The notes under the pieces: model-generated
Told to the model about the DNA's origin: nothing
The model's input: the letters and a program-made list of their open reading frames with translations, nothing else
The model's database searches: none
Origin: a bacterium
Lineage (GTDB): Bacteria > UBA8248
Length of the DNA stretch: 64,000 bases
Direction of reading: 5' to 3'
Assembly: GCA_965261085.1 (NCBI GenBank)
Contig: OZ253442.1
Coordinates: 2,048,001-2,112,000, forward strand
Made by a program: the position numbers and the translations under genes
Shown here: piece by piece, positions 37,967 to 47,071 of the stretch
How positions within the stretch are numbered: position 1 is the first letter of the stretch
Layout of the letters: each line of letters starts with the position of its first letter

Positions 37967-40126
37967 GTGATGAAACTCACCGGTAATAAAATCTTTTCAT
38001 TCATGTGGGCGGCGGCCTTCGCGCTGACGCTGGCCGGCTGCGGCGGCGGCGGTGGTGGTGGTGCGTCGGACGATACCATGACGACACCGTCAGTACCCGA
38101 CCAGGCGATCATGGCGGCGAAAGATGCGGCGGCGGAAGCTGCGGCAGAGGCTACGGCGGCGCTGAATGCAGCGAAGGAGGCCGTAGACGGCGCCAGTGCA
38201 GACCAGGATTATGACGCCGTGCACTACGCTCTCGCCACTACCGAACTGGGCAAGGCCAAGGATGCCAAGGCGGCTGCGGAGGCCGCACAGGCGGACGCCG
38301 AGATGTTCGCCAAGGCGGTTGCGGATGCCAAGAAGGCTGCGCCTCCGGCTTCTTCGGATCAGGCCGAGTTTGAAGCAAGGCTGGCCCTGGCGGATGCCAA
38401 GACTGCAACGGCGAGCGCCGTAGCGGCGGCGGGTGCGGCCGTGACGGCGACGAAGGCGGCTGCGAGAGCGGCGGCGGCTGCGGTGACCAAGGCGACGGCG
38501 GCAAGGACGAATGCCGCTGGAGCCGAGGCCGCGAAGAAGGCGGCGGATCAAGCGGCGAAGGACGCGGCGGCCGCCAAGAAGACGGCGGATGCGGCGAAGG
38601 CCGCCGTAGCGAAACTCAATGATGACGGCATCGGCACCAGGAAGGGTGCTGCGGACCTCGAGTCGGCTGCGGACACTGCTGCGGGCAATGCAGCCACCGC
38701 CATGAGGAAGGCGAATGAAGCCAAGGCGGCTGCCGAAAAGGCGCGGGACGATGCCATGGCTGCGGCTAACACGCACGTTCTGGGCTTGTTCAAGGCGGCG
38801 AATGGAGACGATATTACATTTGTCGGCAGTGAAGATGATGCGGATATCGCCTCTGCTCTCGGAAGAGCGAAATCCGCTCGGAGAAAGGCCGTTATCGAAG
38901 CAATCGGAACAGCGGCGGACGCCCGACTCGGAGCTGAAGTTGTGATTAAGTGGCCTGCCGACGTGGCAGCCAATCCTGATGCTGCACCACCTACGGAGGC
39001 CGTGCCCGGAGCGCTTTCGATTGAGGTCATCCCCACCGGCGGCTCTGAGATTCCCTTCCGCGCGGAAGCCGTGGAGGATGACCCTTTTACGGATCGAGAC
39101 GAGTCCATGTCGAAGACGGCCACCAAGATCGACGGGTTGCCCGGCTTCAAACACGGGTATGCAGTTTCGGATGGCGGGTCCCATACAATCGTCTTCACCG
39201 ACAAGGAACAGTCGACTCCGGCCGTTCCGGAGAAGACCGTCACCTTGACCTTAGATAACCGGCCCGTGACTGCTTCTCGGGTTGTCCTGCCGGAAGGTGC
39301 AACCACTCTTTCAAACGCCACCTACGATCATGACGGTGACCCGGATACGTTTGGGGTTACAGCCACATTCACGTGTGGTTCAACCAACCCGAGTGATTGC
39401 TCGTTTTCAATTCAAGACGGGAAACTGACATCTCTTGTTGGATATGTAGTTGATGTCTCTGTAACCGATTTTCTACTAGCTGCCGCAAAAGATGGAGTAG
39501 ATGATAATGACTACCTCGCCTTCGGCGTCTGGCTGAGAGTCGACGAGGACGGCAACACGGATGGCGAGCTACCGGCCGTCGGCGTATTCGCAGACGGCGG
39601 AACGCCTTTCGCTACGTCTGCAGCTCTTATCGGTACGGCGACTTACCGGGGCGCTGCTACGGGCGTTTATACCCAGGGAAGCGCGGTTGATTACTTCCAA
39701 GGCAGCGCCACCTTGACGGCCAACTTCGGCACGAAGCCCGAGATGGGTGAAGACGACATGATGGGAGCCATCACCGGCATGATTCACGACATCGTGGCGG
39801 GTGGTGTTTCCATGCGCGATGTTATTCTCCTGAACGCTGATTTTACGAATGCTGATGGTAAGCCCGTGGATAACATTACTGCGGCAGGCGGCTTCACCGG
39901 AATGGCCCGCATGGGCGCGCCCACCGTGACAGGCGACGTGGCCTCGCACCCCTACAACGGCGCATGGGGCGGGCAGTTCTACGGTCCGGCTGCGGATGAA
40001 GACGCGACAGGCGTAGATGCCCTTCCGCCTGCGGTTGCCGGCGCGTTCGGCGTGACCGGCGCCACGGGTGAAGGCGATGCCGCCGTCACCAGAAGTTACG
40101 TGGGCGCGTTCGGCGCGCGCAGGTAG
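37967..40126 (+). CDS. Surface lipoprotein 2 with an Ala-rich stalk and TbpB-like C-terminal barrel
   Basis: Signal peptide nearly identical to lipoprotein 1 (LAGC + poly-Gly); DYLAFGVWL, GTATYRGAATGVY, ATLTANFG and terminal YVGAFGARR. Confidence 0.8.
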   Translation: MMKLTGNKIFSFMWAAAFALTLAGCGGGGGGGASDDTMTTPSVPDQAIMAAKDAAAEAAAEATAALNAAKEAVDGASADQDYDAVHYALATTELGKAKDAKAAAEAAQADAEMFAKAVADAKKAAPPASSDQAEFEARLALADAKTATASAVAAAGAAVTATKAAARAAAAAVTKATAARTNAAGAEAAKKAADQAAKDAAAAKKTADAAKAAVAKLNDDGIGTRKGAADLESAADTAAGNAATAMRKANEAKAAAEKARDDAMAAANTHVLGLFKAANGDDITFVGSEDDADIASALGRAKSARRKAVIEAIGTAADARLGAEVVIKWPADVAANPDAAPPTEAVPGALSIEVIPTGGSEIPFRAEAVEDDPFTDRDESMSKTATKIDGLPGFKHGYAVSDGGSHTIVFTDKEQSTPAVPEKTVTLTLDNRPVTASRVVLPEGATTLSNATYDHDGDPDTFGVTATFTCGSTNPSDCSFSIQDGKLTSLVGYVVDVSVTDFLLAAAKDGVDDNDYLAFGVWLRVDEDGNTDGELPAVGVFADGGTPFATSAALIGTATYRGAATGVYTQGSAVDYFQGSATLTANFGTKPEMGEDDMMGAITGMIHDIVAGGVSMRDVILLNADFTNADGKPVDNITAAGGFTGMARMGAPTVTGDVASHPYNGAWGGQFYGPAADEDATGVDALPPAVAGAFGVTGATGEGDAAVTRSYVGAFGARR

Positions 40127-40274
40127 TAGAAGAAAAAGCAAGACGCCTTTGGGCCTCGGGCTTATCAAGCCCCGGGGCCGGGGGCGATCCGATAAGAAAG
40201 AAAAGGGGATTTCCGAAGCGGGGAGGGAGAGCGTCGAAGGGGAGCGCGCCCTTCGATACAAACGCTCCTTTCTC

Positions 40275-41796
40275 GGGGTTGTTGAAAAACCCCTGACTCT
40301 ATGCTTGGATGTATGGATATTACGCGCCCGAGAAGGGAATATCCGCGATGTTGGGACGCAAGAACCGCGCCCAGATGGATTTGTTCATCACCGGTTCGCT
40401 GGAGAGGTTGATTCCCGAGGATCACATATTGGCCCGCGTGAACCGCGTTCTGGACCTGAGTTGGCTGCGCGAGGAAGTGGCGGATTGTTATTGCGCGGAC
40501 AACGGCCGTCCTGGGATCGACCCCGAAGTGGCGGTTCGGTTGATGTTGGCGGGCCTTCTGCTGGGGTTCGTGCACGACCGTCGGTTGATGCGCGAGGCGC
40601 AGGTGAACATCGCGATCCGGTGGTTCATCGGTTACGGGCTGGAGGATCGGCTGCCGGATCATTCGAGCCTGACGCGGATACGGCAGCGCTGGGGGGAGGC
40701 CCGGTTCCGGGAGATATTCCGCCGCACGGTCCGTGCGTGCCTGGATGCGAAGGTGGCCAAGGCCGAAGTCGTGCACGTGGACGCCTCATTGATCCGCGCG
40801 GACGTGAGTTGGGAGAGTCTGGTGGAGCGTCACGTGGACGAGGTGATAGCGGAGAACCCCGTCGAGGAGGAGGCCGGGAAGAAGGGTGGAGGAGGCCGCC
40901 GTGGCGGGGGTTCCGGGAAGGTGAGCCGGACGGACCCGGACGCGCGGCTGGCGAGAACGGGCGGGGGATTCGAGCCGAGCTACAAGCAGCACGCTGTGGT
41001 GGACGACACGCGCGGGGTGGTGCTCGACGTATCGGTGACGGAGGGTACGGTGAACGAGCGTGAGGTGCTCGAATCGCAGGTGGAAGCGGTATGCGAGGTA
41101 TCGGGGCGCGCGCCCGCGATGGTGACGGCGGACTCTGGCTACGCCTACTCGAAGGTCTACGCGGCCCTGGAGCGCCGGGGTGTGGCCGCGCTCATTCCGG
41201 CGAAGAGGGAACCCTCGCAGAGCCGTGTTCCGTTGCGCCTGTTCCGCTACGACGCGCGGCACGACATCGTGAAGTGTCCGCGCGGCAAGATACTGAGCCC
41301 CCGTCGGCCCGCAAAGGGGGGGCGTTATTATCGTTCGAAGACCCGTGATTGCGCGGGCTGCGCGCTTCGCGAGGATTGCCTGCCGAAGGCGTGGTCGAGC
41401 AAGGTGGTGTTGGTTCCGCATGCGTATCCGGCGCTGTTGCGCGCGCGCCGGCGCCATGCGCGATGGAGGGAGGAGGAGCGGCGGATGTACCGGCGTCATA
41501 TGTGGCGCTCGGAGGGCTACCACGGCGAGGCGAAGACCTGGCACGGGCTTGCGCGCGCGGTGCGGCGCGGTCTTGAGAACATGAAGATACAGTCCTACCT
41601 GACGGCGGCGGCGATCAACCTCAAGCGGCTCTCCGCCGCACTTGCTGCAAGGTTATTCGCCCTCTGGAGGGCCTGGTCGGCCCGGGAAGAGCCTCTGTGC
41701 GTCCATCGCGGCCTCGCAAGCTGCGCGGGCTTCCTGTCCGCCGCCGCGTGACCCTCCATACCGCCCGCTCCCGAAACCGGGTTATTCAACAACCCC
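40275..41796 (+). mobile_element. IS1182 family insertion sequence
   Basis: 18-bp terminal inverted repeats GGGGTTGTTGAA(A/T)AACCC; 5-bp target duplication TTCTC at 40270-74 and 41797-801. Confidence 0.9.
40348..41751 (+). CDS. IS1182 family transposase
   Basis: GRPGIDP, LPDHSSL, VDASLI, TDPDA, ADSGY, C..C.LR..C and INLKRL motifs. Confidence 0.92.
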   Translation: MLGRKNRAQMDLFITGSLERLIPEDHILARVNRVLDLSWLREEVADCYCADNGRPGIDPEVAVRLMLAGLLLGFVHDRRLMREAQVNIAIRWFIGYGLEDRLPDHSSLTRIRQRWGEARFREIFRRTVRACLDAKVAKAEVVHVDASLIRADVSWESLVERHVDEVIAENPVEEEAGKKGGGGRRGGGSGKVSRTDPDARLARTGGGFEPSYKQHAVVDDTRGVVLDVSVTEGTVNEREVLESQVEAVCEVSGRAPAMVTADSGYAYSKVYAALERRGVAALIPAKREPSQSRVPLRLFRYDARHDIVKCPRGKILSPRRPAKGGRYYRSKTRDCAGCALREDCLPKAWSSKVVLVPHAYPALLRARRRHARWREEERRMYRRHMWRSEGYHGEAKTWHGLARAVRRGLENMKIQSYLTAAAINLKRLSAALAARLFALWRAWSAREEPLCVHRGLASCAGFLSAAA

Positions 41797-41964
41797 TTCT
41801 CAGTCGCGTTTGACCTTCGGCGGCTACTCAGGGTGAGGTCGATACGGTGGCCATGCAAGACGAGGGGAACACGCTCGCTCCCAGGGCCGGGTTTTTCAAC
41901 AGCCCCTCCTCACTCGGATTTGATATTCATCACTCGCGTTTGACACTCCCGCGCATCGGTCTGG

Positions 41965-42434
41965 ATTGACGAAGCGCGCGATCTGTTCATATAGTAATGG
42001 ATGTCCCGAAGCGCCGGAGGACCCGTCGCCAAGGAGAAACGCATGACGACGTATGAATACCTGAACCTCACCGCCTCCTACGGCGGCCTTGCGCTGATCT
42101 GCTACGGCATCCGCGTCATGGCGAAGGGCGCCGAAATGCGCGCGACCGACTCCGAGCGCAAGCACGAGCAGGTGATGACCGCATCCGAGCGCAGGCACGA
42201 GGAGTCGATGACGTCCCTGCGCGAACTCATCGACGGGCAGGCGGAAAGCCGCATGGCCCTGCGCATACTCATCGAGCGAACCGGATAGCGAACCACAAGG
42301 TCGTCATTCCGGCGCATGCCGGTGGCGACCGGGAGGTTGACCAGAACCAAAGTGGAACGTCCGGCGTCGGGCGTTTCCGGATACCGGATAAAAACACTCC
42401 GGGATGACGAGCCAAACCGTTATCCGCCGCAGCA
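41965..42434 (+). repeat. Duplicated ~470-bp cassette, copy B
   Basis: Nearly identical to 37364-37832. Confidence 0.9.
42043..42288 (+). CDS. Small protein with charged repeats (copy 3)
   Basis: 81 aa; one substitution (K to I) relative to copy 2. Confidence 0.75.
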   Translation: MTTYEYLNLTASYGGLALICYGIRVMAKGAEMRATDSERKHEQVMTASERRHEESMTSLRELIDGQAESRMALRILIERTG

Positions 42435-43003
42435 GAATTCCTTCTTGATCAGTCGGCAAACGCTCTCGCGCATTGGTCGCGTTTGATCTCACTCGCTCGC
42501 GTTTGACGCGCAATTCCCCGCATTTGGCGTCGCCGCGCCCGTAGCGGGATGCGCGAGAATGCCGTCCGCAAATGCAGTTTCCCGCTTGCACTTGAGCATC
42601 ATGAGGAAGGCACGATGAAAAAGGGAATTTCAGGGGATCATTTCTTCCGCACGCACCTGGCGAATCCCTCGCGGCGGTCGCAATCGCATTTGGCGGACCT
42701 CGCGCGCTACCCGCAGGCCGACGGCTCCGTCGGGGCGATGGAAAGGCGCGGGGGCGGGAGGAGAACGGGGGTTTCGGAATTGATGAAAAATACGATAAAT
42801 ATCGATTAATACATGAAAAGGTTTATGGCTCATCCTACCAGGACAATCTATTATAATTCATGTAATTGTAGAGTTATATTAAAGTAGTACATTATAGAAT
42901 TATCGAAATTTATCGAATTGAAAACTTTTCTCAAACCCCCGCATTTGCCCGCATTTCCCCGCACGGAGTCATCGTTTCAGCAGCCACCAGGTGAACCGGG
43001 GGG

Positions 43004-43537
43004 TCACCTTTTCAGCAGCCACACGCCGTCCTCGCCATCCACCTCGCGCATCCTGACCTGAATGTGCTCCTGTAAGGATGTGGGCACGTTCTTGCCGATA
43101 AAATCGGGCCGAAACGGCAATTCCCTGTGGCCGCGGTCTATCAGGGCGGCGAGCCAGATTTTACGGGGCCTCCCGAGCTCCATGATGGCGTCGATGGCCG
43201 CGCGGGCCGTCCTGCCCGTGAAGAAAACGTCGTCGACTAGTAATACTCCCCGATCCGTCAGGTCGAAATCGATGAGCGTGGGCTCGAAACCGCGCCCCTC
43301 GGTGGGGTGCCCCGCGTCGTCGCGGTGGACGCCGATATCGAGCGCGCCCAGGGGGGGCGAGATGCCTTCGAGTTCCTCGATATGCCCCGCAAGCCGCCTG
43401 GCGAGCGGTTCTCCCCGGGTGAGCACCCCGATGAGAGCGATGTTCTTATCCGCCGCGCACGCCTCCATCATCTCGGAGGCGATTCTCTTGAGCGAGAGTT
43501 CAAGCTCTTGCGCCGTCATGATGGATATCGGAGCCAT
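43004..43537 (-). CDS. pyrR: Pyrimidine operon regulator / uracil phosphoribosyltransferase PyrR
   Basis: RIASE, TRG.PLA, LDI..HRDD, LVDDVFFTGRT and DRGHRELP.RPDFIGKNVPT motifs. Confidence 0.93.
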   Translation of the reverse strand: MAPISIMTAQELELSLKRIASEMMEACAADKNIALIGVLTRGEPLARRLAGHIEELEGISPPLGALDIGVHRDDAGHPTEGRGFEPTLIDFDLTDRGVLLVDDVFFTGRTARAAIDAIMELGRPRKIWLAALIDRGHRELPFRPDFIGKNVPTSLQEHIQVRMREVDGEDGVWLLKR

Positions 43538-43603
43538 GCAGGGTACCTGGAGTTGTCGGAAACGGATTCAGGTCATCCTAGAACTTATGGGTTCGCGGAT
43601 CAA

Positions 43604-44929
43604 TCAATCATTCTTCGGAACCGGAAAATTCCGCCGGGCGAAGTCCCTGGCCTCCTCGGTTGTGGATATGCGCCCTTCGAGCTGCTCGTCTTCGAGCGCA
43701 AAGAGGATTTCCCCCAGCCCGCGCCCCGCCGGATAGCCTATTTCCATGAGTTCGTGGCCATCGAGCAAACGCGGCGGACGCAAGCCTTCCTCGTAAAGCT
43801 CGCCAAGTTTTCGCGTGCAGAATTCATACGTTCTTAAATTCCCGTGACTGGCGAGGCAATCGATACGGTGGAGTTCCAGCAATTCCTCGAAATACGGCTC
43901 GCGCAGGAATCTTTTCAGGCGGCTTTCGCGCATCTTTTCCACGTGCATGAAGCGCATGTGATTGGCGACCAACTCGTGGATTCTCGATGCGCGCGCTCTG
44001 GGCATGCGGAGCCTTTCGCAGATGCCCAAGCTCATCGCCGCGCCCGCCTTGTCATGCCCGTTGAAGCGGATTCTGTCGGTTTCGGTGTATGTAACCGGTT
44101 TTCCGACATCATGGAGCAATACGCCCCACGAGAGCGTCGGCGAGGCGGCGCGCTTGATGCGCAACATGGCGAGGACGTGCGTCCACACGTCCCCTTCTGG
44201 GTGAAATTCCGGCGGTTGCGCCACGCCCTTCATGGCGGCGACTTCGGGAAGGACGTATTCCAGGAGCCCCGAGGCGGCGAGCATGGCGAAGGCGCTATCG
44301 GCATTCTCGTGGGTCAGCATCATCGTCAACTCGTCACGAATCCTCTCCGGGCTTATTTTCCCGATGTTCTTCGCATGGGTTTCGATGGCGACGGCTGTCT
44401 TGGACTCGAGCGCGGAACCGAACCTCGCCGAGAAGCGAACCGCTCTCAGCATCCGCAAATGGTCTTCGCAGAACCTGAGATTCGCGTCTCCGATGGCCCG
44501 AATGATTCCGTCTTCGAGATCGCGCAGGCCGCCGACGTAATCGAGGACCCGGCTCGTCGATACGTCATAAAACAACCCGTTGATCGTGAAATCACGCCGC
44601 TTCGCGTCCCCTTCCTCATCGGAGGGCCGAACCGAGTCGGGATGTCTTCCGTCCCTGTAGGCGCCGTCTTCGCGAAATTGCGCCACTTCAAACTCCTGGC
44701 CATCCATGCGCACGAGCACCACGCCAAACTGCGCTCCCACCGCGATGGTTTTCTCGAAGCGGCCTTGCACGATTTGCGGCGTTGCATCTGTGGCGATATC
44801 CCAGTCTTTCGGTTGAGACCCAAGCAGGGCGTCCCTCACACACCCGCCCGCAAGAAGCGCTCTATGACCCGAGGCCTCGAGGGTCTGGATAATCTGAATC
44901 GCCGCATCCGGAGGCTTTATGTTCAGCAT
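43604..44929 (-). CDS. cca: tRNA nucleotidyltransferase (CCA-adding type) with HD domain
   Basis: GGCVRD..KDWDIAT, RRDFTING, EDHLRMLRAVRF, HPEGDVWTH and LLHDVGK motifs. Confidence 0.88.
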   Translation of the reverse strand: MLNIKPPDAAIQIIQTLEASGHRALLAGGCVRDALLGSQPKDWDIATDATPQIVQGRFEKTIAVGAQFGVVLVRMDGQEFEVAQFREDGAYRDGRHPDSVRPSDEEGDAKRRDFTINGLFYDVSTSRVLDYVGGLRDLEDGIIRAIGDANLRFCEDHLRMLRAVRFSARFGSALESKTAVAIETHAKNIGKISPERIRDELTMMLTHENADSAFAMLAASGLLEYVLPEVAAMKGVAQPPEFHPEGDVWTHVLAMLRIKRAASPTLSWGVLLHDVGKPVTYTETDRIRFNGHDKAGAAMSLGICERLRMPRARASRIHELVANHMRFMHVEKMRESRLKRFLREPYFEELLELHRIDCLASHGNLRTYEFCTRKLGELYEEGLRPPRLLDGHELMEIGYPAGRGLGEILFALEDEQLEGRISTTEEARDFARRNFPVPKND

Positions 44930-45079
44930 CGTCTACTCACCGTGGTTGAAATATCCAAATCATCAATACTACGATAGGCCTAATCCTGAGTGCGGGCAAA
45001 CGGTTGTTCGTGGAGATGCTCGCCCTGTTCCAGACGCGGTCGCCGACTGTCTATTGGAGTAACGATGGTAGGCCATCAT

Positions 45080-46081
45080 ATGAGAGCGTTGATTTTTTTC
45101 GTCTTTTTCTTGATGCCAGCGAATATTAGTTATGCCGCGTCTTTGGATGAGAAATCAATCAACACAGGGCTCGAGCAGGTCGCCGCGGGTGATTATTTGC
45201 CCGCCTCGGATACGTTTGATCGGGTAGTCTCATCGGCACCCGAGCGCCCGGAGGGGTATTTCTTCAAGGCTTCTGTTTTCCACATTCTGAAAGGGCATAT
45301 CCGGCGCAAGGACTATTATGAAACTTGGCGAAAAAACACCGCAAAAGCGCTCGCCCTCTCCGAGGCTTTGTTGGAGAAAAACCCAAAGGACACGAGAGCG
45401 CTACTCATGGCCAGTTTAGTGGAAGGCATGCGGATTGTCGATGCGCTCGATAACAGCAGTTATCTCTCCGCATTCCTGCGGGCGGGAGCCATGGAGAAAC
45501 ATCTGGAAAAGGCCGTCGGACTGGAGTCGAAACTTTACGATGCCTACTACGGGCTGGGGATTTACCACATCAGGGGAAGTACGGAGAGCTGGGTGAGAAT
45601 GTTCCGGTTTTTCATCGGCGATACGAGCGAGAAGGGCAGAACCTATCTGCGTCGCGCTGTAGATGGAAACGGCTGGATTTCCAATTCGGCGCGTTTGGCT
45701 CTCATATGGGCGCTATTCCGGGTGAAAAGATTCCAACAGGCGAGAAAAGACGTCGAGTTTCTGCGTGGGCGCTATCCGAAGAACCCCTTGTACGACATAG
45801 CTTATGCGGAAAGTTTTTTTATCGCGGAGGATTACACGCGCGCGCGTGCGGAATATGGGAGACTGCTGTCTCGCTTGAATCAACCCAAAGATGATATTTT
45901 CAGACTGTATCGGCAGTTTTCAAAATGGCGGATTCGTCGTTGTGACTATGCTTTGGGCAATCGTAAAGAGGTGAGTGAAGAAACCGAGGAGTTGCTCACC
46001 GAAAAACACATGTATGCCTCCCTGATTGAACAGATTCGTCTGGAACTAAAATCCGCTTCTGGTGTTTTGACAGGGAAATGA
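45080..46081 (+). CDS. Exported TPR-like protein
   Basis: Signal peptide; helical repeats such as LEKAVGLESKLYDAYYGLGIY and YPKNP; start codon uncertain. Confidence 0.7.
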   Translation: MRALIFFVFFLMPANISYAASLDEKSINTGLEQVAAGDYLPASDTFDRVVSSAPERPEGYFFKASVFHILKGHIRRKDYYETWRKNTAKALALSEALLEKNPKDTRALLMASLVEGMRIVDALDNSSYLSAFLRAGAMEKHLEKAVGLESKLYDAYYGLGIYHIRGSTESWVRMFRFFIGDTSEKGRTYLRRAVDGNGWISNSARLALIWALFRVKRFQQARKDVEFLRGRYPKNPLYDIAYAESFFIAEDYTRARAEYGRLLSRLNQPKDDIFRLYRQFSKWRIRRCDYALGNRKEVSEETEELLTEKHMYASLIEQIRLELKSASGVLTGK

Positions 46082-46120
46082 TTCTCCGGTGATTCACGAA
46101 AATCCAAGACGAGGGCTGAA

Positions 46121-46975
46121 ATGATGTTTTATCTGACCGTGCGAAGCGGTCTGGTGGTTTTCATGATCATCTTCGCGTTCTTCCTGCATTCGAATTTCGC
46201 ATGGTCTGCTCAGGTCAGCGTGGATTTGGAACTTGTACTGGCCGTCGATGTTTCCGGCAGTGTGGATGAAGTAGAGGGGAAGCTACAGCGGATGGGATAT
46301 GTGAACGCCTTTCGCTCCCCGTCTATTTTACGCGCCATCCAATCGGGAAGACACAAAAGCATTGCGGTCACTTACATGGAGTGGGCCGGTTTCGATACCC
46401 AGCGAGTCGTGGTGGGCTGGAAACAGATTCACGATGAGGCGAGTGCTGAGGAGTTCGCCTCCCTGCTCTCCCGCGAACCAATAGGGGTGGGTCCCTATAC
46501 ATCTATCAGCGGCGCGATTGAATTCGCGCTGCCGATGTTCGAGAACAACGGATTCACTAGCGAGCGTCGTGTTATTGACATTTCCGGCGATGGCCCGAAC
46601 AACAGCGGAGACTACGTGACCAATGCGCGGGAGAGGGCTATACGGACCGGAGTGACGATAAATGGGTTGCCGATTACAAATAACCGGCCGAGTCCCTGGG
46701 GAAGGATGCCGATGCCGAATCTGGATTTATATTACAGAAAATGCGTCATAGGGGGTAGGCGCTCTTTTTTGGTGGTCGCGAATGATTTCAAATCTTTCGG
46801 GCGTGCTATTCGTAGAAAACTGATTCTGGAGATTGTCGGCTTGCCGATGACGGAAAAATCGCGCCAGGCCCTTGACGTGCGAAAAGAAAAACGAACTCCT
46901 GTTTTGATCTCCAGAGTGGCGCCCCCATGTGATGCCGGCGAGAGGCGCCGCAGAAGCTGGTCGGAGGATTTTTAG
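46121..46975 (+). CDS. DUF1194 (vWA-like) exported protein
   Basis: VDLELVLAVDVSGSVD.E, RRVIDISGDGPNN, INGLPI and VIGG..F motifs. Confidence 0.88.
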   Translation: MMFYLTVRSGLVVFMIIFAFFLHSNFAWSAQVSVDLELVLAVDVSGSVDEVEGKLQRMGYVNAFRSPSILRAIQSGRHKSIAVTYMEWAGFDTQRVVVGWKQIHDEASAEEFASLLSREPIGVGPYTSISGAIEFALPMFENNGFTSERRVIDISGDGPNNSGDYVTNARERAIRTGVTINGLPITNNRPSPWGRMPMPNLDLYYRKCVIGGRRSFLVVANDFKSFGRAIRRKLILEIVGLPMTEKSRQALDVRKEKRTPVLISRVAPPCDAGERRRRSWSEDF

Positions 46976-47071
46976 GTTTTTCTCGTTTGTTCATATAAGA
47001 TGCGAGACGAATCCTTTGTGTTATTCAATGATATTCGGATTGGTTCCTAAAACTGGGGAGTGAAAATTCTG

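Noticed and set aside
38100-38770. Low-complexity GCG/GCC-rich tract as a DNA tandem repeat
   Set aside because: Explained by the Ala-rich helical stalk of lipoprotein 2; no fixed nucleotide period
42549-42809. 86-aa ORF with a possible RBS before ATG 42614
   Set aside because: No recognisable motif and it runs into AT-rich non-coding sequence; possibly a gene remnant but unsupported
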